Origin: Tubiluchus corallicola
Lineage: Eukaryota; Animalia; Priapulida
Assembly (NCBI GenBank): GCA_030141605.1
Contig: JAQGDQ010000181.1
Coordinates: forward strand, 372,378 to 436,377
Length of the DNA stretch: 64,000 nucleotides
Reading direction: 5' to 3'
Within the stretch, counting starts at the first letter, position 1, and each line of letters begins with the position of its first letter. Made by a program: the position numbers and the translations under genes. The notes under the pieces are model-generated. The model made no database searches, was not told the origin of the DNA, and saw nothing but the letters and a program-made list of their open reading frames with translations. Shown here in pieces: positions 61,372 to 64,000 of the stretch.

Positions 61372-62265
61372 ATGCATCATGGAGACAGCAACGAACCAAA
61401 GAAGCTGCTTCTAGCACTTTTTCTACTGCTCACCTTTCTTGCGAGTTCTTTCATTTTACAACAGTTTCCAAGTGTCGTTCGACAAGAGCACGTATATGGT
61501 ATCTTAAGTGGCAGTATAACAAAACACAGTCATTTAAGGAGACTTCAAGTAAGACTTCCAGAAATAAGTATTGGTGAATTCAAAATATCCTCATCTACAC
61601 AAGAATATGAACACAGGCATTTACGTGTGAGCCAGATATGTGAAAGGAAATATGGCAACGATACGCCGGAACTGACCAAACGCAACAAGGAACACATGAT
61701 CGTCAACCACAAACACAAAATCCTCTACTGCAATGTGCCAAAGGTTGCAACGACGAACTGGAAGAGAATAATGGAATTTCTCCTACACCAAAAAGCTTAC
61801 CAGTTGTTTGAGAATGTTCCCAGAAAGGGCATCCACACCTATGTTTTGCCAAATCTGTCGTATGGACGAGCAATGATCAGGCATTACCGAAGAAATGCAA
61901 CCAGATCATCTCTGGAAAGCGGAAGCGATACAAAGTTTAGTGAATTTGTCAAATATGTCGTAGATCCGGACGCGGTTGTAGGCAATGAACACTGGGACTC
62001 GTACGTGGACCTGTGTAATCCGTGTCGGACTAATTACAGCTTCATTGGGAAATACGAGACATTAGAAAGGGACGCCAGCTTCATTATCAATAAACTAAAT
62101 CTTAGCAGCAGCAGCAATTTTCCGAGCAAAAACGAATCATTGAAAGAACACGAGAGACAGTCAACAACAAAGTACCTGAAATACTTTAGTGATATTCCAA
62201 AGAGAAACATCAAATTGTTACATAAACGATATAGAATGGATTTTGATCTGTTTGAGTACAGTTGA
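61372..62265 (+). CDS. Carbohydrate sulfotransferase (CHST11/HNK-1ST family, Sulfotransfer_2) with an internal in-frame deletion
   Basis: N-terminal TM anchor, YCNVPKVATTNWKR (5'PSB), NEHW..CNPC..YSFIGKYETLERDA and YRMDFDLFEY. The FVRxPxxRLxSAY (3'PB) block is absent. Confidence 0.8.
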   Translation: MHHGDSNEPKKLLLALFLLLTFLASSFILQQFPSVVRQEHVYGILSGSITKHSHLRRLQVRLPEISIGEFKISSSTQEYEHRHLRVSQICERKYGNDTPELTKRNKEHMIVNHKHKILYCNVPKVATTNWKRIMEFLLHQKAYQLFENVPRKGIHTYVLPNLSYGRAMIRHYRRNATRSSLESGSDTKFSEFVKYVVDPDAVVGNEHWDSYVDLCNPCRTNYSFIGKYETLERDASFIINKLNLSSSSNFPSKNESLKEHERQSTTKYLKYFSDIPKRNIKLLHKRYRMDFDLFEYS

Positions 62266-63356
62266 AAACACAGACAACAACAGTTTAATGCCAATATCTA
62301 GTGTGAAATACGGAAGCACCACAAGCTAGTATTAATACAAGACAAAAATGGGAAAGTACGGAAGTTAATACGCATAAGCAGTACACGGTTTCAAATAGTA
62401 TGCATCAGTCAGAAAAGATACTGTCCAAATAAGCTCAACTTGTTATGAGAATATCAACTAACTTACTCAATGAGAACCTCAAGTCTACATTTAAGCCAGT
62501 GATGTCGATGAGCACTGTTACCTAATGTGGAGGCCTCCCTAGTAACCAAAATCGACAAAGTACATGGAAATGGTTCAAAAAATAAAGAAAAAATATAAGT
62601 TACCTCATTTTGGCTGTGATAGTTCCATGTACCACAACATTTGGATGAATGAGAGCATGAAGACTAACTGGTCAAGCACCAACTGGTCATTCAGGTCCAA
62701 GGAAAAGTACCTCTGTCAAACCAAAGCTCAAAGCATTTACTTTTGAAGATGATTTTTTTATGAGCTTAGTCTATGTAGGGCAAATGTATTCACTAGACGG
62801 TTGGACTTTGTTAATTTTTGTACAACTTTCATCTTTCAAGTTTGGTCTTAAAATTTAATTAATTATGTGTTTCTAAACATAATATACCACACTGTTCTAA
62901 CTCCACAATGACAGTTTAAAAACAAATACCATTTATTCAAAGGTCTAAAATTACAGTTTAAAAGTTTACTGGTACTTATTACCAGTCAAAGTGGTAAAAT
63001 CTCCTATAATTTGCAATGCTGTATCAGTCAAAATATATTGTAATCACTTATGAGAAATTTCGTTTTTGATTACTAGCTATTTCTTCCCTAGGAAAAAGTC
63101 TTTACTGTTGCTCGAACACATAGCCATATTGCTTGAACACTCAGTCATTGCCATGGCAAACGAGTCCAACATTACAAGGAATTTAATTAGTACTTACAGT
63201 AACGTTGTAACGGATTTCATTTAGTAGGTAATGGCCGTTTACTAGCTGTTGTTTCACATTTTTATCATTATCAATCTTTAGTGCACTTATGCAAAATCAA
63301 AATTTATTGAACAGGCCAAGCATCACTGATAATGTATTTCAATAACAGCAGTCCTA

Positions 63357-64000
63357 CTAATTGTGGGAGTTTCTTCTAAAAAATGTTTTTAATCTGTCCC
63401 AGTGAAGCACTTTCTTGAATGATTCCCGAAGCTCTTTATTTTTCCATGAATAAATTATTGGATTCATAAATGAATTGCTGAACATCAGCCCAGTACAAAT
63501 ATCCACAATGAATGGAGGTATCTTATGAAGCAGATTGTATGCAGAGATCATATTGATAAGACTTTGAGGAAAACAGCAGAACATGAAAGTACCAACAACT
63601 AAACTGATCATCTTGGCTGATTTCACGATGTGCTTGTACGATCTTGCTGCATCTGGTTCAATCCTGCGCATGTGTCTTCGTGCAATGCACATGATGTTGG
63701 CATTGATAAGTAACAACACAGTTGCAATGATCAGCTGCTGAATGGAAAACAGCAGGAGCACATCTTGGTTAACAATGTTCTCCCATATACATTGACCTTC
63801 CCAATTATCTTGATAATACACAAGAGCACTTACACTAAATGAGTACAACCATGAAGCAATAATAATAAGCTGAACTAACCATCTTCTCATCAGATAGTCA
63901 TATCTGAGAGGATATTTTATAGCGATAAAACGGTCTATTGTGACAGCAAGCAATGTTATTGCTGAGGCATTTATCAAAAATGCAGCAATGTAGAGCACTA
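63357..64000 (-). CDS. Rhodopsin-class GPCR, TM3 to C-terminus; paralogue of 59572-60527; 5' part outside the window
   Basis: TIDRFIAIKYPLRY, FCCFP, NSFMNPIIYSWKNKELRESF; frame is open over the visible part. Confidence 0.88.
   Translation of the reverse strand, partial: VLYIAAFLINASAITLLAVTIDRFIAIKYPLRYDYLMRRWLVQLIIIASWLYSFSVSALVYYQDNWEGQCIWENIVNQDVLLLFSIQQLIIATVLLLINANIMCIARRHMRRIEPDAARSYKHIVKSAKMISLVVGTFMFCCFPQSLINMISAYNLLHKIPPFIVDICTGLMFSNSFMNPIIYSWKNKELRESFKKVLHWDRLKTFFRRNSHN

Overview
AT-rich, intron-containing animal genomic DNA, probably an invertebrate (taxon not determinable from sequence alone). Left: an uncharacterised minus-strand multi-exon gene (ATG 18610, running off the left edge) with a ~500-aa N-terminal region and a very large acidic/disordered exon. 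That exon is split by a 3,404-bp non-autonomous TTAA-targeting transposon with ~490-bp GAG...CTC TIRs (Sola3-like). The reading frame is intact on both sides, and a frame-preserving splice route through the TIR exists. Head-to-head with it across ~570 bp lies a 20-coding-exon ataxin-2 gene (LSm, LsmAD, doubled overlapping PAM2, P/Q/H-rich tail, candidate microexons, 3'UTR intron). Next come a convergent intronless DPY19L C-mannosyltransferase, decayed LINE RT fragments, MITEs and satellites. At the right end are two near-identical rhodopsin-class GPCR paralogues (one disabled) flanking a CHST-type sulfotransferase that lacks its 3'-PAPS-binding motif. All gene models are manual splice/phase reconstructions and need RNA evidence.
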